A stretch of DNA of 64,000 nucleotides from an uncultured Methanosarcinaceae archaeon (GTDB taxonomy: Archaea; Halobacteriota; Methanosarcinia; Methanosarcinales; Methanosarcinaceae). A program made the translations under genes and the position numbers. The stretch lies in assembly GCA_963721455.1 (NCBI GenBank), contig CAVRJG010000019.1:32001-96000 (forward strand), written 5' to 3'. The notes below the pieces were generated by a model. The model had not been told where the DNA came from. It was given only the letters and a program-made list of their open reading frames with translations, and searched no databases. How positions within the stretch are numbered: the first letter of the stretch is position 1; each line of letters starts with the position of its first letter. Below, piece by piece: positions 10,802 to 21,623 of the stretch.

Positions 10802-11809
10802 ATGGACGAAATTGAAGTCAGGGAATTAGTGCCGTCTGAATACAAAGAATGGGACCTGCTTGTTGAAAAAGCTTCACAGGGCACATTCTTTCATACAAGT
10901 GATTTGCTGGAAATTTTCAGGGATGTCCTTTCAAAGGACTTCAGGATTTATGGTTGTTTCAGAAATGGTGAGCTTGTGGGAGGATGTCCCCTTTTTGTTA
11001 GGAACTTCAAAGGCATCCTGAAAATAGGGTCTTCTACCTCTAATATGACTCACTACAGCGGCCCCCTTATAATGGAAAGCGCAAGCTCCAAAGAGAGTAA
11101 ACGCGTTCAGGATACCCATGAAACCCTTAATGCCTTGAGGGAATTCCTCTGCAAGCAGGGATTTGACAGCATTCGTCTCATATTTTCTCCGGGTTTTGAG
11201 GATATCAGGCCGTTTACCTGGAACGGTTGGGACTCAAGTGTGCGTTATACCCATCACCTGAACCTCAAAGAAAATATCGATAATAGCATTTCAAGGAAGA
11301 TCCGCAGGGAGCTTAAAACCGCAGAAGAGGCAGGGCTTAAAACGAGGGTCATAAACGATCCTGAAACATATTATCGCCTGTTTTCCTTGGTCTACGAAAA
11401 ACAGAATCTGGAACCTCCGGTCCCAAGGGAGTTTTTCGAAAGGGTGTTCAAACTAATCAAGGAGAAAGACGTTGGTTACATGTTTGTTTCAGAGACTCCT
11501 GAAGGAGAGGCTGTTGCAGCTCATTTAAACATCTATGGTAAAAAATGCACTGTCACTTGGTCTTCAGTCCTGAATCCGGCTTTTGGCAGAATGGGCGCAA
11601 ATGCCCTTCTCTATTATAATGAGTTTCTTGATCTGAAGTCCAAAAATTTTGAATATATGAATGTTATGGCAGCAAATGTCCCCAGATTTGCGGATTTTAT
11701 TATGGGCTTTTCCCCGAAGCTTGTGCCTTATTACACTGCGAGCCATTACAGCAAAAAATACTTCTTAATGAGAACTTTATACAATATCGTACATGAGGAA
11801 ACTGAATAA
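10802..11809 (+). CDS. GNAT/FemAB-like acyltransferase of glycan clusters
   Basis: EWDLLVEK..GTFFHT, YSGP, IRRELKTA; glycan-island context. Confidence 0.8.
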   Translation: MDEIEVRELVPSEYKEWDLLVEKASQGTFFHTSDLLEIFRDVLSKDFRIYGCFRNGELVGGCPLFVRNFKGILKIGSSTSNMTHYSGPLIMESASSKESKRVQDTHETLNALREFLCKQGFDSIRLIFSPGFEDIRPFTWNGWDSSVRYTHHLNLKENIDNSISRKIRRELKTAEEAGLKTRVINDPETYYRLFSLVYEKQNLEPPVPREFFERVFKLIKEKDVGYMFVSETPEGEAVAAHLNIYGKKCTVTWSSVLNPAFGRMGANALLYYNEFLDLKSKNFEYMNVMAANVPRFADFIMGFSPKLVPYYTASHYSKKYFLMRTLYNIVHEETE

Positions 11810-11915
11810 CCTGAAATTGCCCCGGATAAAGCCGAAATCTGGATTTTTTTGAAATCAAGAGTTTTTGGTTGCCAATTTGTATTCGGTTAGTATTATATCT
11901 CAGGTAGGTGTGAAG

Positions 11916-12977
11916 ATGGAAAATTATGATCTTAAGAACTGTTGCAATCGATTGGCGGGAAATATTGAAAAAATTAAACAAAGAGAAGACCTCTGGGATC
12001 TTTACACCAGAAAAGAAGAATACAATTCCCCATTTACCGACAAGTACGACCGATTCTCTTATTACCTTAGCAAGTACAGGAATGTTTTTGAGCCAACTGT
12101 TTCCCAATTTTTGATATCTAATAGCTTTGATCTGGAGTATCCTGAAAATAAAAACTTTGCGGTATGTCTTACCCATGACATTGATGTTGTTTACCCTGGA
12201 AGGATAGTGCCGTCTGCAAAAGCTATGATAGAGAGAAAGTTCACTGATGCCTTTAAAATGCCTTTTTCCAGAATTTACAAGCCCTGGAATCCATGCTGGA
12301 ACTTTAAGCAAATAATGGAGCTGGAAGCAAAATATGGGGCAAAATCCAGTTTCTATTTTCTTGCCCTGACCTCTGAAGAAACGGACTTCAATTACAATAT
12401 TAAAGATCTTGAGTCCGAACTGGGTATTATATCCGACAGCGGATGGGAAGTCGGCCTGCACGGAGGGCACGAGTCTTACAACAACCTTGAAGATATCCAG
12501 GAAAAAAAGCGCAGGCTCGAAAAAGTCCTAGGAAAAGAAGTAATCGGATACCGAAACCATTTCTTGAAGTTCAGGGTCCCAAACACTTGGGAATTTTTGA
12601 GTACGGCTGGCTTCAAATACGACAGCACATTTGGATACTCCGACTGCCCCGGGTTCAGAAACGGCATGTGTCACCCCTTCAGGCCTTATAACTTTGAAAC
12701 AGGAAAAGAAATCGGCATTCTTGAAATTCCTCTAACAATCATGGACCGCACTCTCTTGGGGAGTTACATGAAGCTTGATCTTGAAAAAGCCTGGGGGCTT
12801 ACAAAGCGACTCATCGATATAGTGGAAAAGTGTAAAGGAGTGATAACAATTCTCTGGCATAACACACAAATGCAGGGAGAAAATCTGAAATTCTATGAAA
12901 ATGTGCTTAAATACTGCTCTGAGAAGAATGCTTGGTTAACAAGTGGAGAAAATATCTACAATTTCTGGGAGTCGTAA
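11916..12977 (+). CDS. Polysaccharide deacetylase family protein
   Basis: CLTHDID, EVGLHG, GYRNHFL, YDST, ILWH. Confidence 0.9.
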   Translation: MENYDLKNCCNRLAGNIEKIKQREDLWDLYTRKEEYNSPFTDKYDRFSYYLSKYRNVFEPTVSQFLISNSFDLEYPENKNFAVCLTHDIDVVYPGRIVPSAKAMIERKFTDAFKMPFSRIYKPWNPCWNFKQIMELEAKYGAKSSFYFLALTSEETDFNYNIKDLESELGIISDSGWEVGLHGGHESYNNLEDIQEKKRRLEKVLGKEVIGYRNHFLKFRVPNTWEFLSTAGFKYDSTFGYSDCPGFRNGMCHPFRPYNFETGKEIGILEIPLTIMDRTLLGSYMKLDLEKAWGLTKRLIDIVEKCKGVITILWHNTQMQGENLKFYENVLKYCSEKNAWLTSGENIYNFWES

Positions 12978-13410
12978 GTCCATGGTTGAGGTTTTTGTGA
13001 AATAAATGCACTGTGCTCTGATTCTTGGAGACTCCTTCAAAATATATCCGATAATTCCGGAGCTTTGTGAGAAAAATGTTAAAGAAATTATCCTTCTTAA
13101 TGATGCCAGAAGACCGGCTTCGTTCAGCAACAAAATTAAAAATTAAAATGACTCCTACATTGCCGTTCATGCCATGATTTCCAAAAACGAAGAGACTTTC
13201 CTAACTTTCTACTGATGAAATCTGGTTGAACCCCTAAAAAGAAAGATTTGGAGAAAATAAGCCTTCCTTAAAGGTGTTCTCCTTAACGGAGAGACCCTAA
13301 GGAATTCTCATACTTCTATCCCTGGCTAAACTAGAGGAGAGATTTTCCTAATCTTTCGGCACAGAAATTAATTCTACGAGCAGAAGACTCCGGAATACCT
13401 CCAGGGAATA

Positions 13411-16400
13411 TCAAGTTGTATATACTAGATCCAGCTTTGGCTTCTGGCTTTCGACTCCACAGTCACTACTGTAGAAAGCAATATAGTTATCACTTTCATT
13501 GCTGGCCTTTATCAGGAAACCGGTATTTGTGTACTTGCCGCTGACATATTCTTTTACAAGGTCAGTTACATTGAGCTCACAGTACCTGTTATCTGGCAAG
13601 TTACTGGCTTTCAGGGTTAATGTAGCATATGGAGTGCTTCCCTGAAGGACGCCGTTCTTGTCATACCAGTCCCCTCCGGGGCTATTCCAGGAAGTGCCTT
13701 TGTCTTTTTTATTCCAGCTCACATAATTGGAGTTCCAGGCAGAAGCAGGCCTGTAAATCTCAATAACAGTATCCTTCGGGCGTGAATTGGGAGGATAATA
13801 CCAGAAAAGGGAAAGAGTTGCATTGTTCACCTGCGTATTACTTTTGTATCCACTCAGGTTAAATGACAGAATGTCCCTGTACCTGCCAACATCACGCATT
13901 CCTCCAACATCGAGAAATGATTTATCCGAAAAGACATCCTCAGGAGAAGCTTCACGAAGGCGGTTATCTTTTGCGCCAGTAATAGTCGCATTTACGGTTA
14001 CTCTTTTCGTAACAGTAAGCTTAGGTACACGGCTCACGTTTCCACACTCGGAACTGTAGAAAGCAATATAATTGTTATTCTCGTTGCGGGCTTTTATAAG
14101 GAAACCCGTGTTTGTGTACTTGCCGCTTACATAATCTTTTACAAGGTCAGTTACATTGAGCTCATAGTACCTGTTATCTGGTAAACTGCTGGCTTTCAGG
14201 GTTAATGTAGCATATGGAGTGCTGCCCTGCAAGACACCGTTCTTGTCATACCAGTTTCCTCCGGAATTAGTCCAGGCAATGCCTTTATTCTTTTTATTCC
14301 AGCTCACATAATCCGGGTTCCAGGCAACAGGCCTGTAGACCTCAATAACAGTATTATTTGGCCGTGAACTGGTCGGATAATACCAGAAGAGGGAAAGGGT
14401 TACACTGCTGATTTCAGTAGCATTGGTGTATTCGCTCACGTTAAACCATATAACATCCCTGTACCTGCCGCCGTTGCTCATTCCTCCAACATCGAGAAAC
14501 GATTTATCCCGAAAGACATCTTCAGGAGAACCTTCACGAAGGCGGTTATCGTACATCTTTCCAGAGAAATTCCAGGGGAGTTCATTTTCGATTACACTTA
14601 TTTTTGCAGTCTCAGAATCATTGAGCTTACCATCGCTTACCTCAAAAAAAACATTGTATGACCCATCCTGCCCACCTTCAGGAGTCCAGTTGAAAAGACC
14701 GGACTTCCCGTTGAAGGCTGCACCTGCAGGAAGGCCTGAGGCTGAGTATGTAAGGCTGTCTCCATCCACATCAGAAGCTTCCACCATAAAGTTCAGATTT
14801 TCTCCGATCTCAACCGTAGAACTGGGAATGGAGTCCATTACAGGAGGGTGATTCGAGTTTTCTGAAAGAGATGCATAGATTGTGTTTCCATACCTTCCTA
14901 TATTGATTCTGTTTCCGTTATCTTCGGGTTCGTTAGAATATTCCGAGGAGAGACAACCAGCGTCAATGCAGGGAGAACTTATACGGTCCTTTACCCATGT
15001 TTTTCCATTCCGCCTCCCAGCCGAAGACTTCAGGTGGTAATCATGGTTTTTCTGGTCTGCAAAAAGCGGATCAACATGAATATCTGAAGCAGATGAAAGG
15101 GTGTTCTTGTAATCTCCACCAGTGTTGTTGTAGAAACAATTGTTTTCCAGTATAAAGGAATGGGTTCCAGTCAGGTAATTAACCACTCCATTGCCAGTTC
15201 CGGCAGGCTGATATTTTCGTTGTTTAGTGTTTGAAATTATATTATTACGTACAATTGTCGTGTATCCTGTACCTGGGGGTTTAAGATTTAAAGCAGCCTG
15301 GAGCGCCACTGCTGTGTGATAATTTCCATCAAAAACATTGTTTTCTATAAGGGTATCATAAAACCCGCTTGTTTCAATACCACATACCCAGTTGTAGGTT
15401 GGATGCGTGCCACAACCATAGAATGTGTTGTGGTGTATGTAGACGTTCTTAGCTTCATCCTTTGAGTAAGCTTGACCGTATGCTATGAGCCAGATACCAG
15501 GACCATACGTGTCATAAATAGTATTGTTATATACCTCTATATCATTCATTGGGAATGGGGTATCTTCTCGGATATATTGAATCTGAATTCCTGGACCCCC
15601 CGCGTCTGGCTCAAACACTGTATATATAACGTTATCATGCAGTTTTACACGGTTTGAGTTGTAAATTCTCAGTGCAGAGTTCGTCTTGCATCTTACTAAG
15701 TTATTCCAGGCTTCTACATTCTGACATTTGATTGCATAAAGACCGTCATGACCGAGCATGTAAATCCGGTTGTCGTGGAATTTTACGTTTTGACTGTATT
15801 TTACTTTAAGACCATCACCGAGACTATCATGCAGATACATGTTACATACTTCAATATCATCATAATATAACATCATGAGATTATCGTAACCGTCCCCTCT
15901 CATTTCTGTTCCAGGTTTAGTATTTCCATCAGCATTACCATCAATCTCGAATCCTCTAATGATAATATATCCTTTTGTAGACTCTTTAGCTAATTTCTGT
16001 TTTATTAATGGTTTTTCTGGGGGCCAGTATGCTTTGTCTTTAAGCTTGATTACTGCAGTATCGTCTCCTTCAAGGATGGTATTGCTACCTATAAGGAGAG
16101 AATCACCTATAACATATGTGAATGGGCCTTTAAGGTGGACAGTCGTGCCTGGATGTTTTGCTGCATAATCAAGAGCCTGGTTAATCTGCACATGGTCATC
16201 TTTCCCGTCACAGTTGAAGTCTCCGCTTCCATCTCCTGAAACGTAAACAATGGACGATGGACTAACGCATAAGGCGGTAGGAACGCTTGTAAGGATAAGA
16301 CATCCAAGCAGAAAGAGTATTCCGAATCTTCGTTTTAACCTTGCTATCACAAGGAGCTGAACATTATGTGTATTTTTGCAGTAATTAGTGTGCAACGAAA

Positions 16401-16527
16401 CCAGGTTTTCTACACAAAACTCAATAAAAAAATTAACACTTTCAATCGCACATCTGCATAAATATTTTGCACAGTATATAATCCAAACAATTAAATTTTT
16501 CAAAGAGTTCCACTCCCGAACAATCAT
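13411..16527 (-). CDS. Disaggregatase-related cell-surface protein: beta-helix, Ig/cadherin-like domain, two DNRLRE domains (true start may lie downstream)
   Basis: VYVSGDGSGDFNCDG, parallel beta-helix repeats, SDVDGDSLTYSA, two DNRLRE motifs. Confidence 0.88.
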   Translation of the reverse strand: MIVREWNSLKNLIVWIIYCAKYLCRCAIESVNFFIEFCVENLVSLHTNYCKNTHNVQLLVIARLKRRFGILFLLGCLILTSVPTALCVSPSSIVYVSGDGSGDFNCDGKDDHVQINQALDYAAKHPGTTVHLKGPFTYVIGDSLLIGSNTILEGDDTAVIKLKDKAYWPPEKPLIKQKLAKESTKGYIIIRGFEIDGNADGNTKPGTEMRGDGYDNLMMLYYDDIEVCNMYLHDSLGDGLKVKYSQNVKFHDNRIYMLGHDGLYAIKCQNVEAWNNLVRCKTNSALRIYNSNRVKLHDNVIYTVFEPDAGGPGIQIQYIREDTPFPMNDIEVYNNTIYDTYGPGIWLIAYGQAYSKDEAKNVYIHHNTFYGCGTHPTYNWVCGIETSGFYDTLIENNVFDGNYHTAVALQAALNLKPPGTGYTTIVRNNIISNTKQRKYQPAGTGNGVVNYLTGTHSFILENNCFYNNTGGDYKNTLSSASDIHVDPLFADQKNHDYHLKSSAGRRNGKTWVKDRISSPCIDAGCLSSEYSNEPEDNGNRINIGRYGNTIYASLSENSNHPPVMDSIPSSTVEIGENLNFMVEASDVDGDSLTYSASGLPAGAAFNGKSGLFNWTPEGGQDGSYNVFFEVSDGKLNDSETAKISVIENELPWNFSGKMYDNRLREGSPEDVFRDKSFLDVGGMSNGGRYRDVIWFNVSEYTNATEISSVTLSLFWYYPTSSRPNNTVIEVYRPVAWNPDYVSWNKKNKGIAWTNSGGNWYDKNGVLQGSTPYATLTLKASSLPDNRYYELNVTDLVKDYVSGKYTNTGFLIKARNENNNYIAFYSSECGNVSRVPKLTVTKRVTVNATITGAKDNRLREASPEDVFSDKSFLDVGGMRDVGRYRDILSFNLSGYKSNTQVNNATLSLFWYYPPNSRPKDTVIEIYRPASAWNSNYVSWNKKDKGTSWNSPGGDWYDKNGVLQGSTPYATLTLKASNLPDNRYCELNVTDLVKEYVSGKYTNTGFLIKASNESDNYIAFYSSDCGVESQKPKLDLVYTT

Positions 16528-17764
16528 TCTTTATAACGAGCCCTGGGAAAATATACAGGTCAATTAGTTAGTTATTTAGTTTAATTGAGGAGAAATACTG
16601 GAGTATGAATTGTTTTTCTTATTTGGACAGTATCTCCAATGTAATAAATTCCCTCTGTTAACTATCGAAATAAATTAAGTTATACTACATAACTTAATTT
16701 TAATTGTCCCCTATGTAGGATAGAACGTCTGACTATAAAAGGGCACAGGACCGTGTTTAAAAATATTTAGTAAGTTCTGTAGGAAATATTTTGATGGGTT
16801 TAAACCCAAAAAAGACAACGAAACAGAAGCAGAAGAGAGGCATTAGAATTTATGATAAAAGACGGAAGTGACCCACATTATGATAAAAACAGGACCCAAA
16901 AACCGCCGGAATAGGCATTATATAACCCTAATTTGACAGAAGCATATATTTCATAATGAATAAATGGGCTTCATGCTTCTGTTTTCTTCATACAACTAAA
17001 AGTTATTTCATACGCTTTTTGATTTTTGACATTTTTCATTTTTCCTAAAAGTACTGTGCCGATGCAACGCGTTTTTTGTGTGAAAATGCTATACTAATTA
17101 GTAGAATCTGTCAATAATATAAATGGTTTTTTATACTCCACTTTTTAATCAAGAATCTGAAAAACTGAAGCTTCCTGAAATATAAGTTAGAAGCTTTCAA
17201 TGAAGGTACAAGATTGAAAAGTGTAAGACATTTCAAAAAAACATGTTTGAATAAGCAGGGCAATTTTCAGAAAAACGATAGCAGAAAAAATTGTGAAAAT
17301 TAAACCCATCTTAGAGCCTGTCTTAAAATAATCTATGCAGCTTCCTTTTTTTTAGATTTGAATGTGTAGTTCCACTCTCCATGAAACTCACCACGAACAG
17401 TTCCCATTCTTCAACTTCCTTTTGTGTATTTTAATCCCTTTGACCTTTTATCCTGGAGGGGGGTTATTTCGGGCCGACGATGCCGATGATACTGCTGCTC
17501 TTATAGGAATGTTTATAGTGTTTATAGTGTTTATGGGAATCATATTATATTGGTAGTCCACCCTTAGTTGGTTGATATTATTCAAAAATGATCGAAATAC
17601 AGTTTCCAGCTCTTTGTTTTCCCATATTTTTGAAGCTATGGGACCAGCCTGCTGTATAAGCATATAAACATAGGCAAAAGCCATTTTGGAAATAATGTAA
17701 TGAAAACATCAGTCATGTATTAGTTGATGACCATTATATTCGATGGAGAAGTTAATCAGGTAGA

Positions 17765-17860
17765 GTGAACTACCCTCGACTGAAGTCGAAGGCTTCTTGG
17801 TTCATCCCTGAGACTAATGTCAGCCAGTCCCCAAGCCCTACCCTACATTCCGTAGGTAGA
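17765..17860. mobile_element. IS200/IS605-type end remnant
   Basis: GTGAACTACCC-TCGAC-TGAA-GTCGA-AGGCTTC subterminal hairpin; no transposase nearby. Confidence 0.5.
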
Positions 17861-17973
17861 AAATTATGTGAACAGTTTAATGTTCCTTAATATGCCCTGT
17901 TATCCAACTTGCTTTCGCATTGTAGTGACAGCATTTCAAGTATATATTAATTAGTTTATAAGTATTTAATTTG

Positions 17974-18106
17974 TATTCGGTTAAGGAATCTGTTAACCTA
18001 AAAGTGGCTACTCAAATCAACAGAACACATCGATTTTCAAATTTTAGGTTTACGTAAATCACTACAAAAATAACATATTATTTGCATTTCGTATCTTAAC
18101 CGAATA
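17974..18106. mobile_element. MITE, about 133 bp
   Basis: Perfect 12-bp IR TATTCGGTTAAG/CTTAACCGAATA; related copy at 45681-45798. Confidence 0.65.
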
Positions 18107-18258
18107 AAAAAGATAAGTATTTATATATATTCGGAATTAATAAAAGTTGACAGTTTAGAAGTTGACGGTCTGTATCCCCCCATTGAAATGAGGTGAATTA
18201 GACCTTAGACGATCTTTAAAAAAGTGAATTGGGATTCAGTTAAAAAGAGGTCTTTTTC

Positions 18259-19362
18259 TTGAAAATATTGCGCGTTGCACCTAATATATATCCTTATACA
18301 GTTGGCGGCGTGTGCATCCACGCCCATGAAATGTCTAAAGAGCAGATGAGAATGGGGCACGATGTAACTATTTATACCGCCTCTGGGGGTGCCAAATCTC
18401 CATATGAAGCTCCTGAAGGCTATTATGTCCGGAATTTCAAACCATTTGCACAAATACTTGGGAATTCCATCGCACCGAATATGTTTGTCGATCTGGTTAA
18501 AAACCAGTCAAAGTATGATGTAGTTCATGCTCATTCCCATCTTTTCTTTTCAACTAACCTCAGTGCAGTTGCAAGACATCTGGGCTCAACCCCGCTTGTC
18601 ATAACCAACCACGGCCTGAATTCACAGACTGCTCCCAAGTGGTTCCAGGACATTTATACTGTCTCCGGTGCCAGGCTTACGTTTGCAGCAGCAGACAAAA
18701 TAATCTGTTACACTGAAACAGAGAAAAAGGAACTCATTGATATCGGAATTAAATCCCGAAAAATCAAAGTGATACACAACGGCGTCGATACTGACCTGTT
18801 TGTCCCTGCAAAGGAAACTTCTTTTGACAAAAAGAACTTGCTCTGGGTCGGCAGGTATGCAAAAGGAAAAGGGCCCGATTACCTTATTGATGCTTTCAAT
18901 AAGGTAAAATTCAGGCACCCTGATGCTACCCTTACAATGGTCGGCAAAGGTCCCTATAAAGACCAGATTGTTCAAAAAATACACAACCTGAAACTGGACA
19001 ACAGTATTATAATGAAGGACTTTGTCGCGAACTCCGAACTCGTAAACCTGTATCAAAATTCAAGTGTTTTTGTGCTTCCAAGCCTTGAGGAAGGCGTCCC
19101 AAGAACAATTCTGGAGGCAATGTCATGTGGAATCCCCGTAGTTTGTTCCCGACTGCCACAGCTTGTCAATATTGTCAATGGCGGCGGAATACTCGTTCCC
19201 GTAAAAGATCCTCAAACCCTAGCAGACAGCATCTCAGAAGTACTCTCAGATTCTTCCCTTGCAGCAAAATTCAGGGAAAACGGAAGAGGAAACGTTGTTG
19301 AAAACTATTCCTGGAAAGACACCGTAAATAAAACCGTCCAACTTTATGAGGAGTTGATTTAA
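18259..19362 (+). CDS. Glycosyltransferase family 4
   Basis: VIHNGVD, VLPSLEEGVPRTILEAMSCG; TTG start. Confidence 0.93.
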   Translation: MKILRVAPNIYPYTVGGVCIHAHEMSKEQMRMGHDVTIYTASGGAKSPYEAPEGYYVRNFKPFAQILGNSIAPNMFVDLVKNQSKYDVVHAHSHLFFSTNLSAVARHLGSTPLVITNHGLNSQTAPKWFQDIYTVSGARLTFAAADKIICYTETEKKELIDIGIKSRKIKVIHNGVDTDLFVPAKETSFDKKNLLWVGRYAKGKGPDYLIDAFNKVKFRHPDATLTMVGKGPYKDQIVQKIHNLKLDNSIIMKDFVANSELVNLYQNSSVFVLPSLEEGVPRTILEAMSCGIPVVCSRLPQLVNIVNGGGILVPVKDPQTLADSISEVLSDSSLAAKFRENGRGNVVENYSWKDTVNKTVQLYEELI

Positions 19363-19363
19363 A

Positions 19364-20332
19364 GTGTCTAAAATAGTTATTACAGGCGGTGCAGGTTTTA
19401 TCGGGTCACATATTGCAGAAAGCCTTGCAAAAGATGGTCATGAAATTGTTATTGTTGATAATCTTGATCCTTATTATTCTATTGACCTTAAAAAAAGAAA
19501 CCTAGATATAGTTCTTGAAAGCGGGGATGCAACTTTCATTAATGCCGATGTTACAGATCTCTATAAAATAAAGGAGATCATTGACAGCACGGTTGATTAT
19601 GTTTATCACGAAGCTGCCCAGGCTGGAGTTCGAATTTCAGTTGAAGATCCTTTTAAGCCTAATAATGTAAACGTGCTGGGTACTCTGAATGTGCTTAAAG
19701 CATCTCTGGATGCTAATATTAAAAAAGTCATTAATGCTTCCTCATCATCTGTTTATGGTAAAGTTAGGTATCTGCCATTCGATGAACAACATCCCACAGA
19801 GCCTGTATCCCCATACGGCGTTAGTAAATTAGCTGCAGAACACTATTGCAGGGTATTTTATGAGGTATATGGGCTCCCCACAACTTCATTGCGCTACTTT
19901 ACAGTATATGGTCCAAGGATGAGACCTGACCTTGCAATTTCAATCTTTACTAGGAAAATGCTTGCAAATGAACCTATTACCGTTTTTGGTGATGGAGAGC
20001 AGACAAGAGATTTCACTTACATCGAAGACATTGTGGAAGCTAACAAAAGGCTCCTTAACAACAAAGTAACAAATGGAAAGGTTTTGAATATCGGTGGTGG
20101 AAACCGGATCAGTGTAAATGACCTGATTGAAAACTTAAGGTCCATTACTGGTTCAACATCTGAATCAATAAATATCGTTAAGCAAACAGGAGATACCGAG
20201 GATACGCTTGCAAATATTGATTTGGGAAATAAACTGATCGGATACAAACCATTATTCAATATCAACAAAGGTCTGAATAAATTCGTAGACGGGTTAAAAA
20301 ATGAGGGAGATATTCTTGGGTTCAATAAATAA
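19364..20332 (+). CDS. NAD-dependent NDP-sugar epimerase/dehydratase
   Basis: TGGAGFIG, YGVSK, RYFTVYGPRMRPD. Confidence 0.93.
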   Translation: MSKIVITGGAGFIGSHIAESLAKDGHEIVIVDNLDPYYSIDLKKRNLDIVLESGDATFINADVTDLYKIKEIIDSTVDYVYHEAAQAGVRISVEDPFKPNNVNVLGTLNVLKASLDANIKKVINASSSSVYGKVRYLPFDEQHPTEPVSPYGVSKLAAEHYCRVFYEVYGLPTTSLRYFTVYGPRMRPDLAISIFTRKMLANEPITVFGDGEQTRDFTYIEDIVEANKRLLNNKVTNGKVLNIGGGNRISVNDLIENLRSITGSTSESINIVKQTGDTEDTLANIDLGNKLIGYKPLFNINKGLNKFVDGLKNEGDILGFNK

Positions 20333-21593
20333 GTTGATGTTACTTCATCAAGTTCGCAAAAATCAATGGCTTAAACCTTCTGAGCTTGAAGAGTTACAGA
20401 ATAAAAAACTTCGCTCAATGGTTAAGCATGCTTATGAAAATACTGAATTTTATCATAATAAATTTAAAAATGCAGGAATTCATCCTGATGATATCAGGAC
20501 ATTAAACGACTTAAAAAGGATTCCTTTTACAACAAAAGAAGAGGTTAGAGAGCACAGTTTAGGCTCAATATTAGCTAAAGGAGTTAACCTCGATAGTTGT
20601 CGAGTCATCCCTACGAGCGGTTCCACAGGCAAACCTCTGAAAGCCGTGTACGATGCCGTTGCAGATGACTATAGCAGAGTTGTGAATTTAAGATCTATGA
20701 TGGAAAACGGTTTAAAAATAAGAGATAAGTGGGTAAACATAGGGGATACAAGAACAGCTACAAGTTCTAAGTGGTTCCAAAAGCTTGGATTTTTCAATAT
20801 AAGTACATTAAATCTTTTTGATAATGTTAAAGATCAAGTTGATTTTTTAATCAATGTAAAGCCAGATACGATTATTGGCTATCCTTCTCAATTAAGTCTG
20901 ATTGCTAGATACATAAAAAATAATTCTATTGAGGGAGTTAATCCAAAAAATGTCTTTACCACAGCAGAACTTCTTGATCCCCCCGCAAGAAAACTTATTA
21001 ATTCAGCTTTTGATGTTGAATTAGTAGATTTATTTGGATGTATAGAAGTCAACAGAACTGCATGGGAATGTTCTGAACACTGTGGATATCATCTTGATGT
21101 TGATAGTGTAATTTCGGAGTTTATTCAAGATGGAGAAAATGTGGCTACAGGTGAAAGAGGTGAAATTATATACACTTGTTTGTATAATTATGCAATGCCT
21201 TTGATCAGATATGAAGTTGGAGATATAGGGATTCCAACTGATGAATTATGTTCATGTGGAAGAGGACTTCCTCTTATGAAATCAGTAGAAGGGAGGAGCG
21301 ATGATTTCATAATTTTACCAAGTGGAAAGATGATATCTCCGATTATTTTAGCACTTGTAATGAAGCATTCTCATGGAGTTTTAGAGTATCAGATTGTACA
21401 AGAAAAACTTGATCATGTTACTGTATATGCTGTGATTTCCGAAAGTATTGATGAAAAAGATCTGGATGTTGTTTACAGAAGTATTATCGAGTTCTTGAAT
21501 AATGAAGTGTCAGTGAATATAAAAATAGTTGATAAACTTAAAAAAGGTTCTACGGGAAAAATCAGATCTGTAATTTCTAAGGTAACATTTTAA
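20301..21593 (+). CDS. Phenylacetate-CoA ligase-like (CapK-type) adenylating enzyme
   Basis: TSGSTGKP, GYPS, MPLIRYEVGD, EGRSDD. Confidence 0.88.
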   Translation: MREIFLGSINKLMLLHQVRKNQWLKPSELEELQNKKLRSMVKHAYENTEFYHNKFKNAGIHPDDIRTLNDLKRIPFTTKEEVREHSLGSILAKGVNLDSCRVIPTSGSTGKPLKAVYDAVADDYSRVVNLRSMMENGLKIRDKWVNIGDTRTATSSKWFQKLGFFNISTLNLFDNVKDQVDFLINVKPDTIIGYPSQLSLIARYIKNNSIEGVNPKNVFTTAELLDPPARKLINSAFDVELVDLFGCIEVNRTAWECSEHCGYHLDVDSVISEFIQDGENVATGERGEIIYTCLYNYAMPLIRYEVGDIGIPTDELCSCGRGLPLMKSVEGRSDDFIILPSGKMISPIILALVMKHSHGVLEYQIVQEKLDHVTVYAVISESIDEKDLDVVYRSIIEFLNNEVSVNIKIVDKLKKGSTGKIRSVISKVTF

Positions 21594-21623
21594 TATTTCA
21601 CATTATTTATTGTTGGGGTCTGT

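Noticed and set aside
17362-17750. Short ORFs on both strands
   Set aside because: Interrupted by stops; coding strand cannot be determined
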